From: Magallana gigas
Lineage: Eukaryota
Direction: 5' to 3'
Assembly (NCBI RefSeq): GCF_963853765.1
Contig: NC_088858.1
Span: 2,170,001-2,234,000, forward strand
DNA length: 64,000 bases
Shown here: positions 47,326 through 60,700 of the stretch, in pieces
Numbering within the stretch: the first letter of the stretch is position 1
Layout: each line of letters starts with the position of its first letter
The notes under the pieces: model-generated
Database searches by the model: none
What the model saw: only the letters and a program-made list of their open reading frames with translations
Told to the model about the DNA's origin: nothing
Translations under genes and position numbers: made by a program

Positions 47326-47476
47326 NNNNNNNNNNNNNNNNNNNNNNNNNNNNNNNNNNNNNNNNNNNNNNNNNNNNNNNNNNNNNNNNNNNNNNNNNNN
47401 NNNNNNNNNNNNNNNNNNNNNNNNNNNNNNNNNNNNNNNNNNNNNNNNNNNNNNNNNNNNNNNNNNNNNNNNNNNN
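47326..47476. other. Assembly gap
   Basis: Run of N. Confidence 1.
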
Positions 47477-47692
47477 TTTTAAAAGAGATCAACGAAGCAG
47501 CAGGTGGTTTTGATTTAGAGAGGTACAAGTAACTAATCGGTCTTGATTTACCTACCTTGATGTCACCATTAATTCCAAGTAATGGATTGTCAATCATCAA
47601 GAGATCATGTAATTAGATTCTGTCAAGAAGTATCCTAAGAAATAGTGACAACAATGTAATGGCACTCCAGTATTGTGTTCTTAAAGTATGTG

Positions 47693-48763
47693 CGAGGGTT
47701 GTCCCAAAATAGCGTAGACAGAAGACATAACTTAAAATCTGTTCATTGCAATTTCATTAGATTTCTCTGTTTTCTTCAACGGTCCTTTTGCAAACAATAC
47801 TGAAAAATTTAAATCTTTATTAATTTCTTGAGAAAATGAATAATTAGTTACAAAAAGTTTTGTACGGCGGCGCAATGTGCGACGTCAAAAATTTCCAGTC
47901 TTAACGTTGTTACTTCACCCCCCCCCCCCCCACATCATTTAATATAACATTTAAGTTTTATTTCCAAAAATATCTTCTTTGAACATGTACCTTAAGTGCA
48001 CATTCAGCATACATGTACATTTCTTGTTTTGTTTTTTGTTTTTTGTTTTTTTAATATTTACTAATTGCAAACAATATTCGGACTCCAAACGTGCCCTGTA
48101 TTACTTAATTGTTGTCTAACGTTCGTCCTACCGAAATGTGTTGTTCAGCATTATCACATCCATTTCTATCGGTCTGAGTTTCTCTTTTCTCTAATTGTCA
48201 TCATACTCGTCCAAATATGTTCAATGTTGTTGGACTACTAATTCACAAAATGCATTTCTAAGTGATTTTGTAAATTTCATTTACTTTAAAAGCCGCTAAG
48301 GATTTGTTTCAAGGTCTTTACAAAAATTTTCCCTTACCGCTGCGCTGCTTTAAACGCTGACGTCGTCATTTTATTACAAGTCAGCAATTCAATTTGTCAC
48401 AGAATGCGCTATAAAATTTTTTAAACTTTGTAATAGCCCCAAAAAATTCTGGTTATATAATTGAATTATTAACAAATATAAATTTAATTTTTATTTGAAG
48501 TTTTTCATTCAAAAAGTAATTTTCCTCGTACTTTTAATTTCCTCATGTTGATTTTAACTTATCGTTTTTGACATTGCGCCGCATGTCGAATTTATGATTT
48601 AACATTTTTTTTATTTCACTTATTTAATCTCAAAAAATATTTGATTTTAAAACATAATTTAAATGCAAATTACTTAAACCCTTTGTGAAACAAGTTTTAT
48701 CTTTCTGTGTCTTAGATTAACTGAATAACGCCACTTGTCTTCGCTAATTTGGGACAACCCTGG
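47693..48763. mobile_element. Tc1/mariner-type non-autonomous element
   Basis: TIR C(G/C)AGGGTTGTCCCAAA(A/T)TAGCG(T/A)AGACA at both ends; TA on the right flank, TG on the left (degenerate TSD). Confidence 0.7.
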
Positions 48764-48789
48764 TATGCAATTAAAACCGTGAGGTCTGG

Positions 48790-49700
48790 AGGGTTTAGAA
48801 TGGTGATAATATGGTGTTTTTAATGTGTTCTTTTCATGTGTTGTGGTAATATGTTGCTTTCAATGATATTTTGTTAAAGAGATTGAGGTTCAATATCATA
48901 TAATTATTGTTATCTATGAGGCCAACACGATGATTTGTACAATATTGTACTTTGAGTGTAGCTAAACCATCGTATTGATCAAGAAATCAGCAATGATTAT
49001 TTTATTATATGATAAGCGACGAATTGATAAACATATATCAACTTGAGGGTTATCAAGCGAAGATTTAAGTTTGATATCATAATTAATTGAAAAACGCGAT
49101 ATTTTATTGGACGATCAACTTTTAGTGCAATGTCGAGAAAATCTAATCTTAAATCTAAAGCCCTGGTACAGAGAAGCTATTTTTTAAAAAATAATCCGAT
49201 ACCAATTTATGATAAAATTTATACATTGCCATCAAATACACCAGTTTTCGACTCTTTAAGAGTGGCATTCCATGTGTTTCTGAATAATGGAATTCTCTAA
49301 AGGATAGTTTGGTTAGCTAGGGAAGATCATTGCTGCATAACTTTTAATTTTTTTTTCAACATATTGAACGAACAACCGAACCCATACTACAGATCAGTGT
49401 TCAGGTGAAGGCCAAACACAAGTCATGTACATTTGTGATAAAGTACTCCGACCTATGCTAGATTTAAGATTCTTTAACAGACCTAATCTTTTGAATGCAT
49501 TTTACCAATATGATCGATATACTCAGACCAGCAAAGATTGTGACAAAAGAGTAATCCCAGGTGTTTGTGTGATGAAATGAATTCTAATCGACTACTAGTA
49601 TTTTGGAATTGGAGTTTGGGAAATTAGAAATTCAATTTAAGTACAAAAAAATAATGCTATTGTTTGAGATTAAGTATATCTTAAAAAATTTAGATAACCA
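48790..49700 (-). mobile_element. Possible highly decayed L1/Tx1-like non-LTR 3' fragment
   Basis: Minus-strand patches such as PLFRNTWNA, DFLDIA and NNYMILN resemble the region downstream of L1/Tx1 RT; many stops and frameshifts. Confidence 0.35.
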
Positions 49701-51627
49701 GTTATCAATAACTTTTAAGACATATTCAATATTGACAACACTGTAAGAAGACCATGGTAAAGCATTTAAGATTCATCAAGAAACAGTCTATACAGTGAAA
49801 GGATGTGTTTGGCATACATTATAACTATAAATCAATAATATAAAAGGCCAAAATCTGAGCAATGTTACACGCCAGCATTGACTCTTCTAATGGAGTCTTC
49901 ATTTGTATCTCACTTTTCGAGGTCTTCGTGGATAACCCTCCTCAACGAATTTACATCATCGACGAAATAATTTTAGAAAGAGTTATCTATCTATAAACTA
50001 AAAATCAACTCATCTACGATAGCTCGACGATAAAGCAAAAAATCAATAATCTACGAAATTGGCCCGCACGAATTTGAATGATTCAAGAGTATATTCTTAA
50101 ACATAACTTTTTGTATATTACCTGTGCAGCTTTCTAAATAACAAAATAATTAAACAATATTGCCACATTCGAAGACAGTATATAACATTTTTGCAGTTAG
50201 AATTCATGTTGTGCACTGGAGAACCCTTACGCTGAAACAGTCGTGTTCTTGTGAAAAGGTTCGAATTCTCTTAGAGAGAGTTGATATTTTTCTGTTATGT
50301 CATAGCAGTGGTATTGTTAAGTATTTATATATCCGTACATTTGTCTATATTATACTTATTATTATTATTGATCATAGATATGCATAACTACAATCAGGAG
50401 TCGTCTGAACAATTTAAAGATGTACTGGTTACTTGATATCGGTTTTTACATGTACAAGTTGGAGTTTGACGGACCTGGACACAATTTGAGATGAAAAAGC
50501 TTATTTTTGGTTTTATGAATAAATTAAATCAACTCGTGTATTTTGAATAATCGACCAAAATTTCAATGTACAGAATCAACTTTAAAGCGAGATATGTTTA
50601 CGAATAATGTCAAGTTAAGAAATCAAATAATTTGTGGCAAACAAGATGATTCGATTCAAGGTGTTAATAAATAATTGAATTAAATGGCTGAAACAGAATC
50701 AAATAATCAAATAATAATAAAAGTAAGAAATATTCAAAGTTAATAAAGTAATTTCTTTATGGGCAAACCAAAAAAAACCCCCAAACCAAACCAAACTGCA
50801 TCATGGGAATGTAAGAAAAGGGAACCGTTTGGTGTCGTCCCCGAATGATTAGGTTTTTTCAACCCGCTTATTATGCGTCTATTTCAAACAAAGCAAACTT
50901 CCGAAATATTAGTGAACAAAATGTACCCAAGTTTATTTTTGATTTGCTAGAACATTATGAACTTTATTTTTAGCAATGTCAAAGTCGTAGTACAATCATA
51001 GCCGCCTCAACGTCAGGGGCAAATTTCATTAAGATCGAGGCAAAATAACAAATAACATGGTACCTTTTATGCCGTTTGATTTTAAAACAAACCTTGTATA
51101 TCATTTTTTTCCCATTGAAATAAGGCTTAACTGATCGGAAAAACTACTGTTATGTACCATCGTTTAAAAACGTTCACAATATTTTATATATAATTGGTCA
51201 AGCAGATTTAACTTTTTTCTGCATTGGTAAAAGCAATCTTTAATTCACCAACATCGGATATATGCTGTGTCGGTGACATATCCTTCGATGGTTTGGCATT
51301 TCATAATTGTCAAGAATAAAAATTTACGCGGTAGAGAGAGGACGCGATTTAAGAGTATGAAGCATCTCGTGAGTTTAATGAATCTGAATATAGTCAATGT
51401 AATCTAATCATATATCTATATAATTCAGTTAAAAAAAGAATATGATTGTATATGTGTTGTAAAATTATTGCATCAAATACGTTTTTTTTTTTATTCCATT
51501 TCGCTTTTTTCTACACACACGAATAATCATTTTGTCTTATGGTTTTCTGCATTTAACAACTACTTTATTCCTCCGAGTATTTGTATTTAATCGTACAATG
51601 GCTAGAAATGCTATAAATATACGTAAT

Positions 51628-51783
51628 TAGGAATCATTCTTTGAATATTGTGAGGTGATAATTTAGGTCGGGTCGTGTTCAAATCCATAATGAAGTACTT
51701 TAATTTCGGCTTTATTGAAATAGATCACGCCCTGACCAAACTTATCACCTTATATAATACTCGAAATGATTCCTGATTCCTTA
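51628..51783. mobile_element. Short inverted-repeat (hairpin) element, same family as 43917
   Basis: AGGAATCATTCTTTGAATATTGTGAGGTGATAATTTAGGTCGGG ... CCCTGACCAAACTTATCACCTTATATAATACTCGAAATGATTCCT. Confidence 0.55.
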
Positions 51784-52699
51784 GGAATAACGATCAAAAA
51801 CATCTTAGTTTAGGATTTTCCTGAGATACCTTTGGTTTTTATCCGTAAGTGTGTATCGTCGTTTCGTGGACCATTAAGACAATAACTCATGTCTACAAGT
51901 TTAGGTCAAGTTCAATCGTTGAACTATTTCATGTTAAGGTCGGTGGTTGAGATATTGAAAAGTTTATCATAGCACAAAGTTAACACTGCACACGACCCTT
52001 CTACCATGATATCGACAAAATGAACTGGGCCAACACGGTGCTCGTACACCAGAGGTCTGCAACAAATATCTAGATTGCGACGATAAAAAAATTTTGCAAA
52101 CACGATTCAGGGCACGTTTATTTAATTCTTTGTGAAATTGCTTTATATTTCAATTTAGTCATAAGACTGTATTTAAAGTAACCGCATATGTTAAGTAAAG
52201 AAGCAAATGCTAAATATACGAATAGATTTTGTCCTCAAAGGCTGTGACTTCATTTCCTTCGAAAAATTATCATCCTAAAATCACTGCTTTTCTCTGATGC
52301 CAGGCCTAAACTTGATTTTCTTCAAACTACATGTTAAATAGAATTTAAAATTTAAAAAAGAATTCGAGCCTTATGTTTGTTTTGTCCAGATAAATTGTTT
52401 TACAAACAATTGAAATGGCGTAGCCACTATCTGGCACAACATTTACAAAATAATTATTTTATTTGAAAAATTTCAAAAAGAAACTTCAGTGTTTACCCCT
52501 ACACTTAAAATAGTAGAGCTATGTGTTGCTAATTCACAATGTATCACGATGTTTCAGCAATATATATCTTTATATTAACTTATTCTATTGTCTTTGACTG
52601 AGATAAAACCACAAATAAAAAAAGTACATGTATATTTAAATACAGTTTATCAATGACGCAGAAAATGATGACGAATTCAGGGTTTTTAATGAATGACAT

Positions 52700-54140
52700 T
52701 TAAGTGACATCGACTACAAACGTACAAGTAGAAATATCATTTAGTCATTTAGAAACTGTAACAAGGGCACACATGACGATGAAAACCAATTATGTCAAGA
52801 TGTTTGTACCGAAAAAAAGAGAGCATTAAACATCCAAGGAGAAAAGGTTTCATCACTTGTGGAAAACCCAATAAAATGCCTAAGAAAATGGTTCGTAGAA
52901 TCGCCGACTGACAGCAACCAATCATAGGATTGAATAAGTATTAACATCATGACCGAAGAAAGTAAACACGCGCTGACTACAAGTTTAGTACAAGTTTGGA
53001 TTTATGAGCATAGAATCCAAGCTACTGAAGCTGATGTAGATGGTGCTTAATTATGCGATAGTAATCAATGCCGTAGAGAGTTGAAAAGGGCATTACATGA
53101 CTACTTAAAAGCTGGTTAGGAGTTCCACCAAGCCCTATTTTAATCGCAAAACGGCCCAACTTCAGTTACTCCTGTCAGTTGTGATTGAATGCAGCCTGGT
53201 GAGGTTATTTAAGAAATTCGGATGCAAAGAAGTTCAGATAAGGTCAGACTGCAAAATCCGTCATAACAGCAGTAGTCCAAGCAGAGGAAATCCTGTAAAA
53301 AGAACCGTACTCGAAAAAAAATATACAGACAGAGAAGGGTTTAGAATGTCACACTTTCAGCAGCAGGAAGAGGCTGCAATGACGTAGAAAAGGGATTGTG
53401 TAGCGATAAGAGCGCCAAAACAACAGGTTTAAGATCAGAAGGCAATTAGAAAATAACGAGCTGCAGAACTTGTCAAACCGAAATCCTGGAGACGATGGGA
53501 GCCACCGCAACAATTTATTTTCTGAGCTATGGAAAAAGGATCAATACAGAATTGCATTTCTTTAACGATCAGTATACGATGCCTTTCCATCACCAGCGAA
53601 TCTACAACAATGGAGATAAGTCAAAATTCTTAAATTTAACTGTTTGGGAACAGACATCATAACTCATATCTTATCCGTATGTTCTGTTGCACTGAAATAT
53701 ATAGACTGCATATGTTGATACACGACAAAATCTTTAGAGAGCTTGTAGATGTGTTGGAGAAAAAATCGAGGAACAGAAGACAGGCGACATCGAGGAGGGA
53801 GTACTTATTATAAGAATTATGAATTAACACAAGAGGGTGACTGGGAAAAGAGAATAGACCTAAACAGAAACAAGCAACAGCAAAAATTGCCATGGGGCCG
53901 ACAATACCAGGAAGAAAATAGCGACGAAGCGCATCAGAAAAAGAGATCGTAATTCACGGACGTAATCGCAGACTGTAGGGGGAAGGGTTTTAAACCTTTA
54001 TTGTTCCCAGCCGAGGATGAATGTAAAAGCGTCCTAGCTCAGTCAGTGTTAAATCTGTTTTAGAAGCTAGGGCCTTTGTCGACAGCGTGTGAGGCTGCAG
54101 TTCGACAAGTCGTAGAGACAGAAATCTACAACTAGACTCT
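52700..54140 (+). mobile_element. Decayed HERO-like (restriction-like endonuclease) non-LTR retrotransposon, 5'-truncated
   Basis: Fragmentary + strand translation: ENPIKCL.KWF; WIYEH; LKSWLGVPPS; YDAFPSPANLQQW; THILSVCSVAL; HDKI.RELVDVLE; W...IDL; FTDVIADCRGKGFKPLLFP. Numerous frameshifts. Confidence 0.7.
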
Positions 54141-57100
54141 TATTCTAAACAAACAAAAACGGTTTAAAAAACCACATTGCACCCATATTGGCGTTTCTAC
54201 ATCTGTTGTAATCAGTGTATAAATCTATTCTTTCTTTGTGTTCCTCTGATTTCCCTAATTACAAAACTCTTTTACTTTCACCGGTATTTATCTTAAGTGA
54301 GATTAAAAAACCAAACTCTAATTCATTCTTCATCATTTTTACGATTAAACTATAGCTTTGTTTTAAATGGTTTTATAAAAATATTTTCTTTTAATCAAAC
54401 AATTCAATCAAAAGCAGATACTTTATCTAGAAACAACTGAACATTGAAGAGCTGGGGGGTCGTGGCGTTTTGTTTAAAGGTATAATACATCCCCTTAAGA
54501 AGAAGAGCACTGTATAAAGAAATTGCACAATATTCAAACTTTGAAATATTTCGACTTTTTTTTTATAGTTAATAGCTAAAAAATCATATTTAGCAATTTA
54601 AGGAAGATCTTATTGTTAATTTGTTGATCACACATCCTCTGTAACATCTCAGTAAAAACAAAAAATCTTATAAAAACTATAATAATTTTCACCTTTAGAG
54701 ATGGGATTTTAAAACATGTCGTGTATTTACACTACTTGCCAAAAATCATATGATAAGACTTTAATCTTAGGTTTATGGGCCACTAACATTACGACTTTAT
54801 TGGATAGATGTATACTCGTTTGTAACAAAATTACACTTAATTAATTTGTCTGCTTCAGAGAGAAGAAAAATATAAAATTATCATGCATACACATTTAAGA
54901 ACAATATATATTAGATATGCATAATTGCTTGTGATTAGCAAACTCTAAGCGTCGTGATAACATTTTGGAGAAGGCCAAACATCAGGTAAAAGGATTTACA
55001 AATCAAGATTTATTCTCTTATTTTGTTGAAGAAGGAAAAAAAAATTACGTGAACATTTTTGTGTCGTTCAATTTTAATTGTTTGTACTGGACATTTTGAA
55101 AAACGTTGAGTGAACACGAGCTGCCATTTATCTCCTTCGATCTTCCAAGCGTTTGATCTTAAGTTCTGACTACAAAAATATTTTTTCTAATATCTGTGTC
55201 ATAAATCTTTTTTAATAAAATTCACATGACTTAGAATTAAATCAAATCAGCTTTAAGAACAGTGAGCAGCAAATCAGTTTCTTAATTTTGTTGTCCAAAA
55301 GGTAAGATTTGCATACACCATATTAATTTATAAATCTTGTTGATATTTTTTCTGTGCAAGTTTATAAAACAATTATTAAAACGTTGTCAACTGTAGAATA
55401 TAACCCGTAGGAATCTTTTTTAATTATTGTGTAAATGAATATTTCATCAACCTTTTGTTATTTATTATTCCTTATATTGGTTAGGTAAAATCTACATTTC
55501 ATGATCAACAAAGTAAATTTTTTAAATGAGTTGGTTTGAAATTAATAATTCTTAATGTCTTGATAGATCTTTTGCATGTGTATAAAAAGGATGTTTTTGA
55601 TATTTTGAGATCCAAGCGATGCGTTTAAAAGCATAGTATTAATAATTACAACATGTTTAAGTGTTGGATATAACATGATTAAAATAAATGATTTACATTT
55701 TTATATACAAAGCTTAAGGTTATATGTATATGTCCCAAATTTTGGTAAATTCTTTACAACATTTAAAAATGAGTGTATTTTTTTAGGAACATGTAGATTT
55801 CTTGCAAGGGAAATTTAACTTCAATGTCACAAAAATCATAAAAATGTCTTAAACTTGAAATGTTCAGTGAACATAGTTCTTTGATGTCAGAAACAACTTG
55901 TTGAGGAATTTACTTACGTCAAAATGTTTACAAAAAGAAAAACATATTAGATAAAATTTCAAATAATGATTTATAAATAAGACGGTACAAGATTATCACA
56001 TGAAAAAAATAAAATGTGAGTTTCATCGTGGGCGACTATTGCGGACATATTTTCTATTTTAAGATCAAGATCTAGTAAATCAAAGGTGCTTACAGGTTTA
56101 AAGAATTCAAGATATAAATTCTTTTGATGATGCTTCATAACAATATCTTTGTTTCATAGGGTGTACCGGGGCTTAAATTTTTGGTAGACACAAAAAAAAA
56201 TTGTTGTAAAAAACCATTTTCTATGAAATATGAAGAATAAAAGTAACAAATTTCGGAGTTTTGTGTATTTTTTACTAATAAAATATATCTAGAATGCCTA
56301 GTCTCTCCAAAAACGGTATTTAACAATTTGTCTTGACCTCCTCTTTAAAATGATGTCAAATAGAATATAAGTATCGGGATTACTTTTTCCGTGATTAAAT
56401 ATAGAATATAATATATTGTTTCAATTTCTACATAATTCCTTTAAGGCCGTGAAATACATAAAAAAGCACCAAAAAGACAGTCTGTAATTATTTACTAGAT
56501 CTTGACCTTAAAAAACATCGAAGAATTGACGTGATCCGCACAGTTTTAAGAAAATTACGTGAAAATGCACTGTTTATGACATCACAATTACCCTTGTGGA
56601 ATTCTAATCAGGTAACTATTCATAGATGTTTTAATTTATGGGTATTCTTGTGTATATGAATGTAGAAATGTCAATTGTTTTATGTTTTTGATAAATTCCT
56701 TAAAACAGGGCAACATATGATTGAAACTGTACTTTCACTCAGGTGACAAAAGTTTATCATTTTTTTTCCATTGACTACATATTTCATTAAAAATCAAAAA
56801 TTTTCATATTTTTGTACACAATTTTTGTGTGTGTGTGTGTGCACATGTATATTAGACGCTAATATTGTGAGTCATAGTTATGCATATCTATAGATTATCG
56901 ACGTACATGTATCTCTAAATACATATTACATAAACAATTATATACCAAATTTAAAAACATTATTTCTATGTTTAAATATATATATATAAACATGTATTAA
57001 TATACATGTTTTAAGACAAATAGCTTGATACTTTTAAATGTCTTCTCAATGAAAACTTGAACATCATTTGAAGCATTAATATGAAAAATTAATGAATTAT

Positions 57101-57739
57101 ACAAGATGTCTGTACGCTAATAATTGAAATATTTGAAGTTTTTGTATATTTGTTTACTCTTGTGAATAATGTTGATAATAATAAAAAAAAAATCCAAATT
57201 TTTCAAAGAAATGTTTAAAGAAAACCCCTTGATCAATTTTCATAAGACTTTGATTGATAAATTCAGGATTATTTTTTGGCTCTTTTGGCACCATATTGAT
57301 ATATTTTTCCAACGTTATGTTTCAAAGATTTGGTATTTACAATCCAAAGTAAGATTTTTTGGCTCATATATTGCAAACGATCTTAGAATTACCTTGTATT
57401 GAGTTTGAAATAGCAAATTTTACATACGTGCTTTCATAAAAGTATTTCAATGTATGTCAAAAATTGCAAATTGAATCCACTGTAATCAATTTCTTCAAAC
57501 TCTGACAAAATATAACAGCGGAAAAAACAGTCTTGTTTACATAATATATAGATAAATAAAAAGAAGACATACTTTTGTAAATGCTTACCATTGATGTATA
57601 AAAAACCCATAAGGTTGATAAAATTTAACTATTAAATGGAACACCGTCAAGTTATTTCAATAAATCTGAACTCTTTTGCTAGAAATCAAAAAAATCAACG
57701 CCCAACATAAAACCAGATCGGTCGAAGGAGGTTTACAGA

Positions 57740-60700
57740 ATGAAACCTCTTTTGTTCTCACTCTTTCTTTGTCTGACATTAAACGAAGTTTATGGAATCT
57801 ATGGCGGTTGTATGAGCTACAGCAGCAGTCCTAGCAACGTACCAGGACATATCAAGGTAAATTAACTACAAGACTTTGACTCTGTAAGACTGGTTATTTA
57901 TTGCTTAAAAGAAATGCGTAAACACATTTGATAATAATTTTATTAATATTAAATCAAGTAGCTTGCCATTAGGGAAAATATGCTCTTGTAAACATATCTT
58001 AATATAACGTTTACTTATTTAGTTAGTTACAATGTAAATTAGTTCAGTTGTAATCTGGGTCACCACGTTTTCTTTTTCACAATCAAAGCGACTTACGTTA
58101 ATATATACTTAGAATTGCAATGAAAACACATATAATATATTTAAGGATTATGGAATTATTTTTTTTAGTATAATTAGGTGACAATTCTGTTCGTCGCGTG
58201 ATGGTGTAATCAAATCCAATAAAGTCCGAAGGGCTCTATGATCTTAAGGTTGATTGTTCATTAAAGAAAGGCCGATTGCTTTTAGACAACACTGATTTTT
58301 TTTTATTCCGGACAAATATATTGTCTTCTGCTATGTGAATTTAAAATGAAGTAAGATCCTTGTTTACCTTTATGTAAACTTTTGGATTAATTTTGATAAA
58401 AATTAGTTTGTTTTTATTGAGTTTATGAATTTGATTATTTATTTTCCTGGTTTTTTTTTTTTTCGGAAAGGTAAAACTTTTTTTTCTCAATGGATGGAAA
58501 CTTCAGCGAGGCCCATGTCAAAACTGCACAGAAAATGACGAAGGATCAGAAGTGACAGCTCGACGGAAGCAATACATTAATGATACAAATGACCCTGAGG
58601 CTTTTGGGAAATGGTCGTTTGAATACGAATTGCGAGGTCTTGAAAGATTGGGATATCAAAATCTTACATATAAAGTCAACAAAAGGATAAGGGATGTTGT
58701 TATAATGGTCAATAAACACGAAGGCTGGGAATTAGAAAGTTCTGAGATAAATTTACTTTTGTCTATAAACACCAGCGAACCTCGCAGATTTGATATAATG
58801 TAAGTAAGCAAACTAACAAAAAATTACATCAAAACTTGTTAATTGTCATACACACAGTGCTTCAGTTTGGAAAAACTATTTTGCTTGTTGGATTATTCTA
58901 ATAGTGTTAATTATTTTGATTTCACATTCAAATAAATGTTAGGAAATTGTCGAAACGCCATTTACTCTATACATACAACAGATTGACTTTGAAAGCATTA
59001 TACAGACTGTAAATACAAGAAATAAGGAATAATATTAGATAAATACGGGCTGGTACGTAATCAAATCTACCATAAAGCCCTTGTTTAATAGTAAAAGTAA
59101 TCTCTCTATCATCCAGACCACAGCCTCCCCCCCCCCCCCAAACTAAATTAAACATTGAATAAGTTTTTGCTAAAGTCCAAAATCAAATTTCTTTCTTTCT
59201 TCATCAGTTTTGTTATTTTCATCTGCAAAATTATTCAAATGATTATTAACTATTTTGCCCTAGAATGAATGATTTTTAAAATCCAACTTGACTTTAATGC
59301 AGAGACACACTCGGGGTATAAAAATCGGCTTTAAAAGGATTTTGTTTGAAAAATTGAAACCTGCGTGGAAGCATCCTGAAATGGAATAAATTAAAGTTTG
59401 TTCAAATTATAATTGTCCGGGATAGTTTGGAGCCACAATTAAGAGCTGAACATTTTAAAATCAATTAATAGAGATATTTCTAGCTACACGGTACACCCAA
59501 AAACTTGTTAAACGCTTACTGTCAGATATATAGATAATTAGGATAGGAATTTATTGTGCTTTTCAAAGGTTTGAAAACGTAATGGATGGGAATGTAACGA
59601 GTATGGGCCGATCTGTTCCAGCGTTTCTACAAGTAAAAGTTGATCCATATAACCGGACTGACACAGGAAAACCAAACAGTAGTCCTGTGGTCTTGGTAAA
59701 ACCCTATTACAGGTGAGTTAAGTTTGCTATCAACAGAAAGCCAATTAAAAACTTTACAATATAAATATCTTTCAATGACTTATTTAATTACATTATATTA
59801 AACAGTGGGTTTTTTCATATGTGATATAAACAAATGACAAAAGTGGTGTTTATAAGTTGACACTCACCAAAAAGTATGTTTTGAATATAAAAGCAAATCT
59901 CCTCTGAATTAGTACATAAAATTTGCAGGGTTAGATCATTCCAGATCTATGCGTTTGGTATTTAGGAAAAGAACCTTACAATTCTGTATTTTCACATTTG
60001 TGTAATCACTAGCAATACATTTATTGCAATTTTAACATCTCAGATACCTTATGACATTTTTTTCTACGGTGTTGTTTGAAAACCGCTGGCAAGGGGGATA
60101 ACTGTATTATTCTGGTGAATTTCCAGCAAAAATTCGACAAATAGTTTAATAAGCAAATTCTTAATACTTTAGAATACATTTTAATAAATCTTAGTGATTA
60201 ATGTATCGTATTCAAAAGATTAAAATATTCAAACGCTTTTTTCTTTATTTAACTGACAAGAAGCGATAATAAGGCGGTAGACTAAAGTAGAAATAAAAAA
60301 ATTAAGATTTGCTTGGACCCTGTGTTCCACGCAGAAAATATATTCGCGAAATAAAGCCGGTTGGGATGGGAAAAATTTAGTTTGCGCATGAGCTACTGTG
60401 TATCTGGTTCCTGTGCGGCATTATGGATAGACCACGGAACCAGTGTAGCACATGTTATCTGAATCGGATGACATGTAATGAGAACATGCATGTTAAACTT
60501 CAAACGCGCTGAGATTGTAAGGTTGTCAGTAAACAGTGCAGAACCAAAGTACATTTCTTAAAGAAATGATCGGATGGTGATATCTATTGCCAGCATCATG
60601 AAATAAGTTTATGTTATGTCGAAACTACAACATGCATTTAATAGCGTAAATTGCGATGATTTTTTTGTTTTCCTATATAGCATACATGTAAATTTAATTT

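Noticed and set aside
47520-47690. Minus-strand stretch resembling a signal-peptide exon (AITLLSLFLRILL...GDIK|gt)
   Set aside because: In-frame stop, no start codon, and no further minus-strand exons found.
55690-56580. Possible Kolobok-like MITE remnants
   Set aside because: Could not define paired TIRs with confidence.
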